DNA of 64,000 nt from Occultella glacieicola (GCF_004353825.1 NZ_SMNA01000010.1:1-64000), one strand, 5' to 3'. Shown: positions 18,995 to 30,067, counted from the first letter of the stretch. The notes: generated by a model from the sequence alone, not told the origin. Numbers and translations are program-made.

Positions 18995-19927
18995 TCAGGG
19001 CCCGACGGCGGGGGTTCGGTCCGGCGGCCGCGGCCAGGACCGCTCCAGCTCGCTCAGGACGAGCAGCATGGCCGGGCTCCGGTACCGGCGCGGGTGCGAG
19101 GCCACGTGGACCTCGCAGTCCGGCAGCTCGGGTCCGGCCAGGACCGCGAGGTCGCCGGAACCGATCTCGGCCTCCACCGAGAGCCGGGGCAGGGCCGTCC
19201 AACCCAGGCCCACCCCGACGCACCGTTTGATCGCCTCCACGCTGCCGAAGCGGGAGCGGCGCCCGCTGCGGCGGCCGGTCGCCGCGAGCCGGTCGGCCAC
19301 CAGGTCGCCGTAGCCACAGCCCTCCTCGAGGAGCAGCGCGTCCCGGTCCGCCAGGTTCGACCAGGTCGCCGGCCCCGGCACGGAACTCGGCGCCCTCGCC
19401 CCGCCGGCGTCCGGGCCGGGCCGGTCGACGAACACCAGCGGCTGGATCCCGAGGCGGGTCAGGGCGAGATCGGTGACCGGCGTCCGTGGCTCCAACGTGA
19501 CGGCCAGGTCGACCGACCCGCTGCCGACCGCATCCAGGCCGTCGTGGGTGCCGCCGGCAGTGACCCAGATCTGCACCTCCGGCTCGATGCGACGCAGGGC
19601 GCCGATCACGTCCGGGAGCCAGTAGGTGCACAGGGTCTCGGGGGCCATCAGCCGGACGGTGCCGGCCGCCCGGCGCTCGCCCCCGGCGGCCCGGACCCGC
19701 TCCTCGGCGGCCAGCAGTTCCTCGGCGGGACCGATCACCGCGGCGCCGACCGCGGTGACCGTGACGTGGCCGGGCAACCGGTCCAGGACCGGGCTGCCGA
19801 GCAGCCGCTCGAGGCGCTGCACGTGCGCCGTCACGGTCGACTGGGTGAAGTTCAGTTCCGCGGCGGCGGCGGTGAAGCTGCCGGTGCGTGCCACGGTCAG
19901 GAACGTCCGCAGCAGGCGGGTGTCCAT
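18995..19927 (-). CDS. LysR family transcriptional regulator
   Basis: GSFTAAAAELNFTQSTVTAHVQRLE. Confidence 0.93.
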   Translation of the reverse strand: MDTRLLRTFLTVARTGSFTAAAAELNFTQSTVTAHVQRLERLLGSPVLDRLPGHVTVTAVGAAVIGPAEELLAAEERVRAAGGERRAAGTVRLMAPETLCTYWLPDVIGALRRIEPEVQIWVTAGGTHDGLDAVGSGSVDLAVTLEPRTPVTDLALTRLGIQPLVFVDRPGPDAGGARAPSSVPGPATWSNLADRDALLLEEGCGYGDLVADRLAATGRRSGRRSRFGSVEAIKRCVGVGLGWTALPRLSVEAEIGSGDLAVLAGPELPDCEVHVASHPRRYRSPAMLLVLSELERSWPRPPDRTPAVGP

Positions 19928-20001
19928 CTGTTCTCCCGGTCTCGTCGAGGGGGTGACGTGACCTCACACTATTGCGATGCGCGATGGATCGCATCGACGG
20001 T

Positions 20002-20018
20002 CATCGTTTGACGCGATG
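20002..20018. promoter_or_regulatory. LysR box, CATCG-N7-CGATG (T-N11-A)
   Basis: Palindrome between divergent lysR and MFS genes; a second T-N11-A at 19971-19985. Confidence 0.6.
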
Positions 20019-20044
20019 GTGCGGGCCGCGTGAGGCTGGCTCGT

Positions 20045-21259
20045 ATGGACGAGCGAACCGAGGCGTGGGCCGGGGCGACGGCGATCCCGGCGCCCCGGCG
20101 CGGGCACGGCACCCGTGACCTCCGGGTCCTGCTGGCCGTGACCTTCCTCGCGTTCATCAACTACGCTGCGCTGCTGGCCGTGGTGCCGCTCTGGGCCTCT
20201 CGGCTCGGAGGGGGCAGGGGCGTCGACGGCGGCCCGGGCAGCATCGCGGTCGGGGCCACGACCGGCGCGATGATGGCCGCGACCGTACTCACCCAGCTCG
20301 GCCTGCCCCGGCTGTTCCGGATGCTCCCGTTGCGCACGATGCTCATGCTCGGGGCCGCACTTCTCGGCCTGCCCGCGCCGCTCTACGCGGTCACGGACGC
20401 GATCGCACCGGTCCTCGTGATCACCGTCGTCCGCGGCGTCGGGTTCGCGCTCGTCGTCGTCGCCGGCTCGACCCTGCTCGCCGACGTCGCCGGCCGTGGT
20501 CGGCTCGCGTCGGCCTCCTCCTTCTACGGCGCCGCCGCGGCGCTGCCGAACCTCGCCGCCCTCGCGGGCGGGGTCTGGGTGGCACACACCTGGAGCTTCG
20601 ACATCGTGTTCGTCACCGCCGGCGCGGCCGGGGTGCTCGCGGCGATCGTCGCGTGCCCGCTGCCGAAGGGGATCCGGGGCACGTTCCACCTCGCCTCGGT
20701 GGCACGGTTGCGCACCATCGCGGGCCCGGTCGGCCTGTTCCTGCTGACCGCAGGTGCGTTCGGGGCGGTGACGACGTTCCTGCCGGTCACCGGTCCCGAA
20801 GCCGGGACGACGGCGGTGGCGTTGCTCGGCGCGTCGGCCGCCCTGATCGCCGCCCGGCTCGGCGCCGGGGCGATCGGGGACCGGATCGGGACCGGGCGCG
20901 TCCTCGCTCCCGCTGCCGGCCTGGGTGCGCTCGGCGCGGCGACGCTGGCCCTGTCCCTGGAGGGCCCGGAATGGACCCTCGTGCTCGGTGCCACGCTGCT
21001 CGGCGCAGGCTTCGGCGCGGCCCAGAACGACTCCTTCGTGATCGCCGTGCAGCGGCTCGGGGCCGGGCACGGCGGGACCGGTGCCACGATCTGGAACATC
21101 GCCTACGACGGCGGACTCGGCCTCGGAGCCATGGGCCTCGGTCTCGTGGTCGGTCACCTGGGCTACGCGCAGGCGTTCATCGCGCTGGGTTCCGGGATCG
21201 CGTTCTGCGCCCTTCTCGCGCTCCGCCCGGGTGCGGGCGGCGTGCTCACCCGCGGTTGA
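20045..21259 (+). CDS. MFS transporter
   Basis: About 12 hydrophobic segments, GAIGDRIG motif A-like sequence, divergent from LysR. Confidence 0.88.
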   Translation: MDERTEAWAGATAIPAPRRGHGTRDLRVLLAVTFLAFINYAALLAVVPLWASRLGGGRGVDGGPGSIAVGATTGAMMAATVLTQLGLPRLFRMLPLRTMLMLGAALLGLPAPLYAVTDAIAPVLVITVVRGVGFALVVVAGSTLLADVAGRGRLASASSFYGAAAALPNLAALAGGVWVAHTWSFDIVFVTAGAAGVLAAIVACPLPKGIRGTFHLASVARLRTIAGPVGLFLLTAGAFGAVTTFLPVTGPEAGTTAVALLGASAALIAARLGAGAIGDRIGTGRVLAPAAGLGALGAATLALSLEGPEWTLVLGATLLGAGFGAAQNDSFVIAVQRLGAGHGGTGATIWNIAYDGGLGLGAMGLGLVVGHLGYAQAFIALGSGIAFCALLALRPGAGGVLTRG

Positions 21260-21411
21260 AGCGGTTGAACATGCGACGGGTCGTACTCGGGTACGTCCGC
21301 GCACCGGTCTGCCCGGGCCGGGCCGGGCATCGTGGCGCCGGCGGCCCTCGGCTCACGCATCCCGACCGCCGTCGACACGCGCCAGACACATCCAGCGGGT
21401 AGTTTCCGGAC

Positions 21412-23025
21412 ATGGCCGACCTGTTCGAGGGATATCCCGCCGGAGCGGCGTGGGACGAGATGATCTCCGGTGACGCCGTCCGGGCCCCGTACCAGCACGT
21501 GCACCGCACCATGGGCACCCTCAACGCCGATGAGCTGCGGCTGCGCGCGGACGCGCTCGCGCGCTCCTACCTGGCCCAGGGCGTCACGTTCGACGTCGGC
21601 GGGGAGGAGCGGCCGTTCCCGCTGGACTCGGTGCCCCGCGTGATCGAGGCCGCCGAGTGGGACCTGCTCGCTCCCGGCGTGGCACAGCGGGTGCGGGCCC
21701 TCGAGGCGCTGCTGGAGGACGTCTACGGCGCCCAGCGGGCGATCGCCGACGGCGTGCTGCCGCGGTCCCTGATCGTCTCGTCCGCGAACTTCGTCCGGGC
21801 CGCCCGGGGCATCAACCCGCCGAACGGGGTACGGGTGCACGTCGCCGGCATCGACGTGATCCGCGACAGCGCGGGTGGGTGGCGGGTGCTCGAGGACAAC
21901 GTGCGGGTGCCCAGCGGCGTGAGCTACGTGCTCTCGAACCGGCGCGCGATGGCGCAGTCCTTCCCGGAGCTGTTCTCCACGATGCGGGTCCGCCCGGTCG
22001 CGGACTACCCGCGCCGGCTGCTCGCGGCCCTCAGCGCGGCCGCCCCGCCCGGTGTCGACGAGCCCGTGGTGGTGGTCCTCACGCCGGGCGTGTACAACAG
22101 CGCCTACTTCGAGCACTCCCTGCTCGCCCGGCTGATGGGGGTGGAACTCGTCGAGGGCCGCGACCTGATCTGCTCCGGCGGCAAGGTGTACATGCGCACC
22201 ACCGAGGGCCGGCGCCGCGTGGACGTGATCTACCGGCGGGTCGACGACGACTTCGTGGACCCGGTGGTGTTCCGGCCGGACTCACTGCTCGGCTGCCCGG
22301 GCCTGATCGGCGCGGCCCGCGCCGGCGCGGTGACGATCGCGAACGCCGTCGGCAACGGCGTCGCCGACGACAAGCTCGTCTACACCTACCTGCCGGACCT
22401 GATCCGCTACTACCTCGGCGAGGAGCCGATCCTGGCCAACGTGGACACCTGGCGGCTCGAGGAGCCGGAGGCTCTCGCGGAGGTGCTGGACCGGCTCGAC
22501 GAGCTCGTGGTCAAGCCCGTGGACGGCTCCGGCGGCAAGGGCATCATCATCGGTCCGGCGGCGAGCCGCACCGAACTCGACGAGGCCCGGGGCCGGCTGC
22601 GCACCGATCCACGGGGCTGGATCGCGCAACCCGTGGTCCAGTTGTCCACCGTGCCGACGCTCGCCGGCGACGCGTTGCGGCCCCGGCACGTGGACCTGCG
22701 GCCATTCGCGGTGAACGACGGCGACCAGGTCTGGGTGCTGCCCGGCGGCCTGACCCGGGTGGCGCTCGCGGAGGGCCAGCTGGTCGTGAACTCCTCGCAG
22801 GGCGGCGGCTCCAAGGACACCTGGGTCCTCGGCGCGCAGCGCCGGTCCCCGGAGCTGCATCCGCACACCGGCCCGACGGCGGCCGTCGGCTCGGGTGGAC
22901 CGCCGCACCACGTGCAGGGCGTGCGGCTGGACTCGAACCCCAACGACGGCGGACTGAGCGAACAGACCCAGCAGCAGCAACAGGGCGACCACGGGACCGG
23001 CCAGGACGGAGCGGGCCGATGCTGA
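21412..23025 (+). CDS. Circularly permuted type 2 ATP-grasp protein
   Basis: VLEDNVRVPSGVSY, NSAYFEH, GNGVADDK, KPVDGSGG, NSSQGGGSKDTW. Confidence 0.92.
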   Translation: MADLFEGYPAGAAWDEMISGDAVRAPYQHVHRTMGTLNADELRLRADALARSYLAQGVTFDVGGEERPFPLDSVPRVIEAAEWDLLAPGVAQRVRALEALLEDVYGAQRAIADGVLPRSLIVSSANFVRAARGINPPNGVRVHVAGIDVIRDSAGGWRVLEDNVRVPSGVSYVLSNRRAMAQSFPELFSTMRVRPVADYPRRLLAALSAAAPPGVDEPVVVVLTPGVYNSAYFEHSLLARLMGVELVEGRDLICSGGKVYMRTTEGRRRVDVIYRRVDDDFVDPVVFRPDSLLGCPGLIGAARAGAVTIANAVGNGVADDKLVYTYLPDLIRYYLGEEPILANVDTWRLEEPEALAEVLDRLDELVVKPVDGSGGKGIIIGPAASRTELDEARGRLRTDPRGWIAQPVVQLSTVPTLAGDALRPRHVDLRPFAVNDGDQVWVLPGGLTRVALAEGQLVVNSSQGGGSKDTWVLGAQRRSPELHPHTGPTAAVGSGGPPHHVQGVRLDSNPNDGGLSEQTQQQQQGDHGTGQDGAGRC

Positions 23026-23951
23026 GCCGGATCGCCGAGTCGCTGTTCTGGATCGGGCGGTACGTCGAGCGGGCCGACGACACCTCACGGATCCTCGACG
23101 CGCACCTGCAGCATCTGCTCGAGGATCCGTGGATGGAGGAGGACCAGGCGTGTCGCTCCCTGTTGGGGGTGATGGGCGCCGCCGCCCCCGCCGCCGGGGT
23201 CGTGGCCACCCGGCAGACCGTGCTGGACACCCTGGCCTACGACCGGAGGTCCCCGGGGGCCATCGCCGGTGCGCTGGCGTCGGCCCGGGAGAACGCCCGC
23301 CGGGCCCGGGAGACCCTCTCCTCCGAACTGTGGGAGTGCTTGAACACCACGTGGAACGCGCTGCCCGGCCGGATCAGCGGCTCCACCCCGCACGACTTCT
23401 TCGCCTGGGTGCGTGAACGTGCCGCGATCGTCGCCGGGCTGGTGCAGTCCTCCACCCGGCGGGACGCGACCCAGAACTTCATCCTGCTCGGGCGCAGCCT
23501 GGAGCGGGCGGACATGACCGCCCGGCTGATCGCGACCCGGGCGGTGTCCGGTCCGGCGGGTCCGGGCTGGACCACGATGCTGCGTTCGTGTGGGGCGCAT
23601 GAGGCGTTCCTGCGCACCTACCGGGGCCGGGACTCGGACACTCTCGCCGCCGAGTTCCTGCTCATGGACCGGCTGTTCCCGCGGTCGGTGCTGTTCTCCC
23701 TCGAGGAGGCCGAGGCCTGCCTGACCCGCCTCGAGCCGGCCGACCCACGCGGTCACCACCCCGGCGACGCCCGGATGATCCTCGGCCGGGTCCGGTCCGG
23801 GATCGAGTATCAGCCGCTGCTCAGCCTGCTCGGCAACCTGGCCACGGAGATGACCCGGGTCCAGCAGGGCTGCTCGGAGGCCAGCGACGCCGTCCGGCTG
23901 CGGTACTTTCCCTCGGGCGCCACCGACGACTGGATCGGAGGCCGGATGTGA
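23019..23951 (+). CDS. Alpha-E domain protein (DUF403)
   Basis: MLSRIAESLFWIGRYVERA and second LGRSLERAD motif, FPRS. Confidence 0.92.
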   Translation: MLSRIAESLFWIGRYVERADDTSRILDAHLQHLLEDPWMEEDQACRSLLGVMGAAAPAAGVVATRQTVLDTLAYDRRSPGAIAGALASARENARRARETLSSELWECLNTTWNALPGRISGSTPHDFFAWVRERAAIVAGLVQSSTRRDATQNFILLGRSLERADMTARLIATRAVSGPAGPGWTTMLRSCGAHEAFLRTYRGRDSDTLAAEFLLMDRLFPRSVLFSLEEAEACLTRLEPADPRGHHPGDARMILGRVRSGIEYQPLLSLLGNLATEMTRVQQGCSEASDAVRLRYFPSGATDDWIGGRM

Positions 23952-24790
23952 GCCGGCTGCACATCGTCCACACGACGCACTACACCTACGCGCGGACCGT
24001 GTCGGCGTCCTACAACGAGGCGCGGATGCGTCCGGCCAACCTGCCCGGGCAGACCGTCCTGGAGTCCCGCCTGACCGCGACCCCGAGCACGTTCAGCGCC
24101 GACTACCGGGACTACTGGGGCGCCACCGTGACCGCCTTCGAGACCCTGACCGAGCACGACGAGCTGCTGGTCGTCGCCGAGTCCCGGGTGGACCTGTCAC
24201 CGGTGCTGCGGGGTGGGGCCGGCACCGGCTGGGAGACTCTGCGAGCCCCCGACCTCATCGACCGGATGTCCGAGTTCCTGGACGTCACCGCGGCGACCGA
24301 ACCGGACGAGGAACTGCGTGAGCTGGCCCGCGCCCACGCCGACGGCGCCGGGCCGCAGGAGGCCGCCCTGGCCATCTGTGGGGCACTGCGGGAGGCGATG
24401 GAGTACGTGCCCGGGGTGACCGGGGTGCACACCCGTGCCGTCGAGGCCTGGCAGGCTCGCAAGGGGGTGTGCCAGGACCTCGCCCATCTCGCCGCCGGTG
24501 CCATGCGCAGCGTCGGCATCCCGACCCGGTACGTGTCCGGGTACCTGCACCCGCGGACCACGGCCGCAGAGATCGGGGTGCCGGTGACCGGGGAGTCGCA
24601 TGCCTGGATCGAATACTGGTGCGGGGACTGGTTCGGCTATGACCCCACGAACCTGATCACCCCCGAGGGCCACCACGTGGTGGTCGGCCGCGGCCGTGAG
24701 TACGCCGACGTCACCCCGATCCGCGGCGTCTACGCCGGCGGCGGGGCCTCAACACAGCAGGTCGAGGTGCGGATCACCCAGGAGACCTGA
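23948..24790 (+). CDS. Transglutaminase-like protein with intact Cys-His-Asp triad
   Basis: GVCQDLAH, RYVSGY, SHAW, DPTN. Confidence 0.92.
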   Translation: MSRLHIVHTTHYTYARTVSASYNEARMRPANLPGQTVLESRLTATPSTFSADYRDYWGATVTAFETLTEHDELLVVAESRVDLSPVLRGGAGTGWETLRAPDLIDRMSEFLDVTAATEPDEELRELARAHADGAGPQEAALAICGALREAMEYVPGVTGVHTRAVEAWQARKGVCQDLAHLAAGAMRSVGIPTRYVSGYLHPRTTAAEIGVPVTGESHAWIEYWCGDWFGYDPTNLITPEGHHVVVGRGREYADVTPIRGVYAGGGASTQQVEVRITQET

Positions 24791-24827
24791 CACCCGCCGG
24801 GCCCCCGCCGATCGAGCCCTCGCTCGC

Positions 24828-24917
24828 CGACCGAGTCCCGTGCGGGCGGCTCGGTCGCCCGGGATCGGCTCGCTCGACCGGGAACCGGCTCGGTCGCCCG
24901 GGATCGGCTCGTTCGAC
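24828..24917. repeat. Hairpin plus 39-bp-period direct repeat (2 copies) between convergent genes
   Basis: CGGCTCGGTCGCCCGGGATCGGCTCG(C/T)TCGAC at 24847 and 24886; CGACCGAG/CTCGGTCG stem 24828-24857. Confidence 0.8.
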
Positions 24918-24964
24918 GCGGGCTGGGTGGGTTGCTCGCGGCGTGGGCCGGGTGGATCGCGGGC

Positions 24965-25630
24965 TCAGCCGGCGAGCAGCACCAGCGCCAGGATGATCGC
25001 CAGCAGCGCGCCGAGCGGGACCGCCACGAACACCCCGAGCGCCGCGGCGAGGGTGACCCGGAGGTCGTCCTTGAGGTAGGGCGCCCCGACCGGCCCGCCC
25101 GCCGCGGCGAGCAGGGCCCGCTGCGCCTGGTCCACCCGAGCCAGGGCTCGCCCGACGATGCCGAGCCGCCCGACGCCGAAGATCCGGGTCAGCCGGGCGC
25201 CGGCACCCTTGTCGCTGCTCGGCTGGGCGGCCTCGGAGAACGCGTCGAACACGGCGTTCACGTCCTCCTCGCCGGCCCGCCCCCGCATGTCATCCTCGAC
25301 CCGCTCCACCAGGGCGTCACCGGTGATCACGGTGACCCCGGGCTCGACCGAGACGACCCGATGCGCACCGAGCGAGGCGGTGGCACGCAACCACCGCCGT
25401 CGCCGGACCGCCAGGACGACCACCGGCACGGCGAGCAGGACCGGCAGCGCGAGCAGGGCCACCGATCCCGCGACGCCCGGGCCACCCGGCGAGGTGACCA
25501 GCACCACGGCGAGCGTCAGCGCGACGGCGAGCACCGCCGTCGCCGCGACGATCAGGAACTTGCTCGGCCCGCCGAGCAGCCGGCCCGTGAATGCGGCCAG
25601 GTTGCCCATCGAGTCGCCGAGTGAACTCAT
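24965..25630 (-). CDS. Hypothetical membrane protein
   Basis: Three hydrophobic segments; CACAAT -10-like box 7 nt before ATG 25630. Confidence 0.75.
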   Translation of the reverse strand: MSSLGDSMGNLAAFTGRLLGGPSKFLIVAATAVLAVALTLAVVLVTSPGGPGVAGSVALLALPVLLAVPVVVLAVRRRRWLRATASLGAHRVVSVEPGVTVITGDALVERVEDDMRGRAGEEDVNAVFDAFSEAAQPSSDKGAGARLTRIFGVGRLGIVGRALARVDQAQRALLAAAGGPVGAPYLKDDLRVTLAAALGVFVAVPLGALLAIILALVLLAG

Positions 25631-25752
25631 GTACACGATTGTGCCGCACGCCTTCGACCCCCAGCGATTGCGGGACGCGACCCTCGGCGTGGGACGATGG
25701 GAGCAGACCCGCCCACCGGCCCCCCAACCAGCAGACGTCGAGGTTCCACCCC

Positions 25753-27609
25753 GTGCCACCCATCGCCACCCCGGCCGCCAGCGCCCTCATCCAGCCGGCG
25801 TCCACGACTCCGGAGTTGCTGCGCAACTTCTGCATCATCGCGCACATCGACCACGGCAAGTCGACGCTGGCGGACCGGATGCTCCAGCTCACCGGCGTCG
25901 TCGACGAGCGGTCGATGCGCGCGCAGTACCTCGACCGCATGGACATCGAGCGTGAGCGCGGCATCACGATCAAGTCCCAGGCCGTGCGGATGCCGTGGCA
26001 GGTGGACGAGGCCGCGTACGCGCTGAACATGATCGACACCCCGGGGCACGTGGACTTCACCTACGAGGTGTCCCGGTCGTTGGCCGCGTGTGAGGGTGCC
26101 GTGCTGCTCGTCGACGCCGCGCAGGGAATCGAGGCGCAGACCCTGGCGAACCTGTACCTGGCGATGGAGAACGACCTCGCGATCATCCCGGTCCTGAACA
26201 AGATCGACCTGCCCGCGGCCCAGCCGGAGCGGTTCGCCGAGGAGCTCGCGACCCTGATCGGCGGGGAACCCGAGGACTGCCTGCGGGTCTCCGGCAAGAC
26301 CGGCGTCGGCGTCGAGGTGCTCCTGGACGCGATCGTCGCGCAGGTGCCGCCGCCCGTCGGTGACCCGGACGCGCCGGCCCGCGCCATGATCTTCGACTCC
26401 GTCTACGACACCTACCGCGGCGTGGTCACCTACGTGCGGGTCGTGGACGGCCAGCTGTCCCCACGCGAGAAGATCCGGATGCTGTCCACGAACGCCACCC
26501 ACGAGTTGCTCGAGATCGGCGTGAGCTCGCCCGAGCCGCACCCCACCCAGGGACTCGGCGTCGGCGAGGTCGGCTACCTGATCACCGGCGTGAAGGACGT
26601 GCGCCAGTCCCGCGTGGGTGACACCGTCACGAACGCGGCCAAGCCGGCGACCGAGTCCCTCGGCGGCTACCGGGACCCGCAGCCGATGGTGTACTCCGGC
26701 CTGTACCCGATCGACGGCTCCGACTACCCGGCGCTGCGCGACGCCCTCGACAAGCTCAAGCTCAACGACGCGGCGCTGGCGTACGAGCCGGAGACGTCCG
26801 TGGCGCTCGGATTCGGGTTCCGGATCGGGTTCCTCGGGCTGCTGCACCTGGAGATCGTCAGGGAGCGGCTCGAGCGCGAGTTCAACCTGGACCTGATCTC
26901 CACCGCCCCGAACGTGATCTACGAGGTCACCATGGAGGACGGCACCGAGGTGACCGTCCGGAACCCGAGCGAGTTCCCGACCGGCAAGGTCAAGACCGTC
27001 ACCGAGCCCATCGTCAAGGCCACGCTGCTCGCCCCGAGCGAGTTCGTGGGCACGATCATGGAACTCGCCCAGGGCCGCCGCGGCACCCTCCAGGGCATGG
27101 ACTACCTCTCCGAGGAGCGCGTCGAGCTGCGCTACATCCTGCCGCTCGGGGAGATCATCTTCGACTTCTTCGACCAGCTGAAGTCCCGGACCCGCGGCTA
27201 CGCCTCCCTGAACTACGAGATCAGCGGCGAACAGGACGCGGACCTGGTCAAGGTTGACATCCTGCTCCAGGGCGAGCAGGTGGACGCGTTCTCCGCGATC
27301 GTGCACCGGGACAAGGCCTACGCCTACGGCGTGATGATGACCGGCAAGCTCAAGGAACTCATCCCCCGGCAGCAGTTCGAGGTGCCGATCCAGGCGGCGA
27401 TCGGCGCCCGGATCATCGCCCGCGAGACCATCCGCGCGATGCGCAAGGACGTCCTGGCCAAGTGCTACGGCGGTGACATCTCCCGTAAGCGCAAGCTCCT
27501 CGAGAAGCAGAAGGAGGGCAAGAAGCGGATGAAGAACATCGGCCGGGTCGAGGTTCCGCAGGAGGCGTTCGTCGCCGCGTTGTCCTCGGACACCACATCG
27601 GGCAAGTGA
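25753..27609 (+). CDS. lepA: Elongation factor 4
   Basis: [42 protein letters not shown]. Confidence 0.98.
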   Translation: MPPIATPAASALIQPASTTPELLRNFCIIAHIDHGKSTLADRMLQLTGVVDERSMRAQYLDRMDIERERGITIKSQAVRMPWQVDEAAYALNMIDTPGHVDFTYEVSRSLAACEGAVLLVDAAQGIEAQTLANLYLAMENDLAIIPVLNKIDLPAAQPERFAEELATLIGGEPEDCLRVSGKTGVGVEVLLDAIVAQVPPPVGDPDAPARAMIFDSVYDTYRGVVTYVRVVDGQLSPREKIRMLSTNATHELLEIGVSSPEPHPTQGLGVGEVGYLITGVKDVRQSRVGDTVTNAAKPATESLGGYRDPQPMVYSGLYPIDGSDYPALRDALDKLKLNDAALAYEPETSVALGFGFRIGFLGLLHLEIVRERLEREFNLDLISTAPNVIYEVTMEDGTEVTVRNPSEFPTGKVKTVTEPIVKATLLAPSEFVGTIMELAQGRRGTLQGMDYLSEERVELRYILPLGEIIFDFFDQLKSRTRGYASLNYEISGEQDADLVKVDILLQGEQVDAFSAIVHRDKAYAYGVMMTGKLKELIPRQQFEVPIQAAIGARIIARETIRAMRKDVLAKCYGGDISRKRKLLEKQKEGKKRMKNIGRVEVPQEAFVAALSSDTTSGK

Positions 27610-28823
27610 GCGCCCGATCGACACTGCCCGGATCGGCACCGCTCGCGTCGACACTGCCGGCATCCGTCGTCGACGGCGCCAGCGAACGCGACTTCGGTGT
27701 CTACCTGCACGTCCCGTTCTGCTCGGTGCGGTGCGGCTACTGCGACTTCAACACCTACACCTCCACCGAGCTCGGCGGTGGGGCGTCCCAGGCGAACTAC
27801 GCGGCGACGGCGATCGGGGAGATCGAACTGGCCGCCGCGGCCATGGCCGAGGTCGGGCTGCCCCGGCGGCCCGTGTCGACCGTCTTCCTCGGCGGCGGGA
27901 CGCCCACCCTGCTGCCCGCCGCCGACCTGGCCAGCCTGCTGGACGCCGTCGGGCAGGCCTGGGGACTGGCCGGCGACGTCGAGGTGACCACCGAGGCCAA
28001 CCCGGACTCGGTCACCGCCGCGGACCTGGTGCGGCTCGCCGGCGCCGGGTTCACGCGGGTGTCCTTCGGGATGCAGTCCGCGGTGCCGTCCGTGCTGCAC
28101 ACGCTCGAGCGCACCCATGACCCGCGGCGGATCCCGGACGTGGTCGCGTGGGCGCGGGACGCCGGGTTACACGTCTCGCTCGACCTGATCTACGGCACGC
28201 CGGGGGAGACCCTGGACCACTGGCGCACCAGCCTGGACGCGGTCCTGGGCCTCGAACCGGACCATGTCTCCGCGTACGCCCTGACCGTGGAACCGGGCAC
28301 GAAAATGGGCGCCCAGGTGCGCCGCGGCCTCCTGCCGATGCCGGACCCCGACGACGAGGCGACCAAGTACGAGATCGCTGCCGCGGCACTGGCCGGGGCC
28401 GGGTACGACTGGTATGAGATCTCCAACTTCGCCCGCACCACGGCCGATCGGTGCCGCCACAACCTCGGTTACTGGGGCTCGCAGGACTGGTGGGGCGTCG
28501 GCCCGGGCGCGCACTCCCACATCGGCGGGCACCGGTGGTGGAACGTCAAGCACCCGCGCCCGTACGCGGAACGGATCGACGGCGGACGGCTGCCGGTCGC
28601 CGAGAGCGAGACGCTCACGGACCGCCAGCGTGAGGACGAGCGGGTCCTGCTCGGTGTCCGGCTGGTCGACGGGCTCGACGTCGGCGCGGACCTCCGGGGC
28701 AGGCTGCCGACCCTGGTCGGAGACGGCCTGATCGAGGCCGAACCGGCCGCCACCGGGCGGGCCGTGCTGACGCTGCGTGGGCGCCTGCTCGCGGACACCG
28801 TGGTAGGTGCGCTGACCGACTGA
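27606..28823 (+). CDS. hemW: Radical SAM heme chaperone HemW (HemN-like)
   Basis: [32 protein letters not shown]; follows lepA. Confidence 0.93.
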   Translation: MSARSTLPGSAPLASTLPASVVDGASERDFGVYLHVPFCSVRCGYCDFNTYTSTELGGGASQANYAATAIGEIELAAAAMAEVGLPRRPVSTVFLGGGTPTLLPAADLASLLDAVGQAWGLAGDVEVTTEANPDSVTAADLVRLAGAGFTRVSFGMQSAVPSVLHTLERTHDPRRIPDVVAWARDAGLHVSLDLIYGTPGETLDHWRTSLDAVLGLEPDHVSAYALTVEPGTKMGAQVRRGLLPMPDPDDEATKYEIAAAALAGAGYDWYEISNFARTTADRCRHNLGYWGSQDWWGVGPGAHSHIGGHRWWNVKHPRPYAERIDGGRLPVAESETLTDRQREDERVLLGVRLVDGLDVGADLRGRLPTLVGDGLIEAEPAATGRAVLTLRGRLLADTVVGALTD

Positions 28824-28940
28824 GCACTGCTCAGGTGTGACGAAATTCGGGAGAAACAGGGCACGCCTTGTGCACGAGCGGGCCAGAAGTCGCTACGGTT
28901 ACGCCGTCATCCGTTTTTCTCATCCCAGGCAGGGAGAACC

Positions 28941-29996
28941 ATGAGTCAGCTTCCCCCCGACCCGAACAACCCGAACGGGCAGGGCGGCGTGCCCCCCGTT
29001 CCGCCTCCTCCCGGTCAGGGTCAGCCTGGTCAGGGTCAGCCCCCGTACGGTCAGGGCCAGCCTGGACAAGGCCAGCCGAGCTACGGCCAGGGCCAGCCCG
29101 GGCAGAACCCACAGCAGCCTGGCCCCGGCCAGCAGCCCCCGAACTACGGCCAGGCGCCGCAGCCCCCGGGCGCCTACCCGAGCCCCCAGCAGGGCGGCTT
29201 CCCGCAGGCCCCGCCCCCCGGGCCCGACCAGTACGGCCAGTACGGCGCCCCCGGCGCCGGCTACGGCGGCCCGCCGCAGGGCCAGGCATGGGGCGGCGAC
29301 CCGTATGGCCAGCAGCTGCAGCAGCGCCCGTTCGCCGTCGGTGACGCGATCGGATATGCCTGGAAGTCTGTCATCGGGAACTTCGGTTCCTGGCTGTTGG
29401 TGAACCTGATCCTGATCGTGCTGACGATTGCGCTCAGCTTCCTGAACCCCGCCACTCGGTTTGCGACGAGTGGGAACGGCTTCGACTATTCCACCCTGTC
29501 GAACGAGTTCACCGTGCTCGGCCTGATCGGATCGATCCTCAGCACTATTGTCGCCGCGTTCATCAGCGGGATGATGTACACCGGTGCGTTGAAGGAGACG
29601 ACGGGCCGCAAGCCCGCGGTCGGCGAGTTCTTCTCGGTGAACAACTTCGCCAACGTGGCGATCTTCGCCCTGGTCTGGGGTGTCGTGGCCGGTGTGGTGT
29701 CCGGCCTGCTGCCCGCCCTGGGCATTCTGGTACTCATTGCCGGCTTCCTGCTCTGGTTCACCTACGTGTTCATCATCGACCGGAACCTCGCCTGGCTCGA
29801 CGGCATCAAATCGTCCGTGCAACTGGTCACCCAGAACCTCGGCAACAACCTGCTGCTCGGGCTCGCCATCATCGGTATCAACATCCTCGGAGCGATCCCG
29901 TGCGGCCTGGGGCTGTTCATCACGATCCCGATGACGTATGTGGCCGTTGCGTACGCCTACAAGACGCAGACGAATCAGGCCGTCGCTCCCAAGTGA
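28941..29996 (+). CDS. Integral membrane protein with Pro/Gln/Gly-rich N-terminal tail
   Basis: GQGQP repeats followed by ~5 TM segments; GGGAG RBS. Confidence 0.85.
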   Translation: MSQLPPDPNNPNGQGGVPPVPPPPGQGQPGQGQPPYGQGQPGQGQPSYGQGQPGQNPQQPGPGQQPPNYGQAPQPPGAYPSPQQGGFPQAPPPGPDQYGQYGAPGAGYGGPPQGQAWGGDPYGQQLQQRPFAVGDAIGYAWKSVIGNFGSWLLVNLILIVLTIALSFLNPATRFATSGNGFDYSTLSNEFTVLGLIGSILSTIVAAFISGMMYTGALKETTGRKPAVGEFFSVNNFANVAIFALVWGVVAGVVSGLLPALGILVLIAGFLLWFTYVFIIDRNLAWLDGIKSSVQLVTQNLGNNLLLGLAIIGINILGAIPCGLGLFITIPMTYVAVAYAYKTQTNQAVAPK

Positions 29997-30067
29997 CGCC
30001 GCCCTGATCACGTCATGACCCGGTCCGACCGGGCGCGACCCGGCCGAGCCGGGACCGTCCGCGGACA

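Noticed and set aside
21657..23018. 454-codon upstream extension of the alpha-E ORF
   Set aside because: Arg/Gly/Pro-rich off-frame read of the ATP-grasp gene; the family starts at MLSRIAES (23019)
28820..28834. CTGAGCA-C-TGCTCAG palindrome at the hemW stop
   Set aside because: A 1-nt loop cannot form a good hairpin and there is no linked regulator; insufficient support
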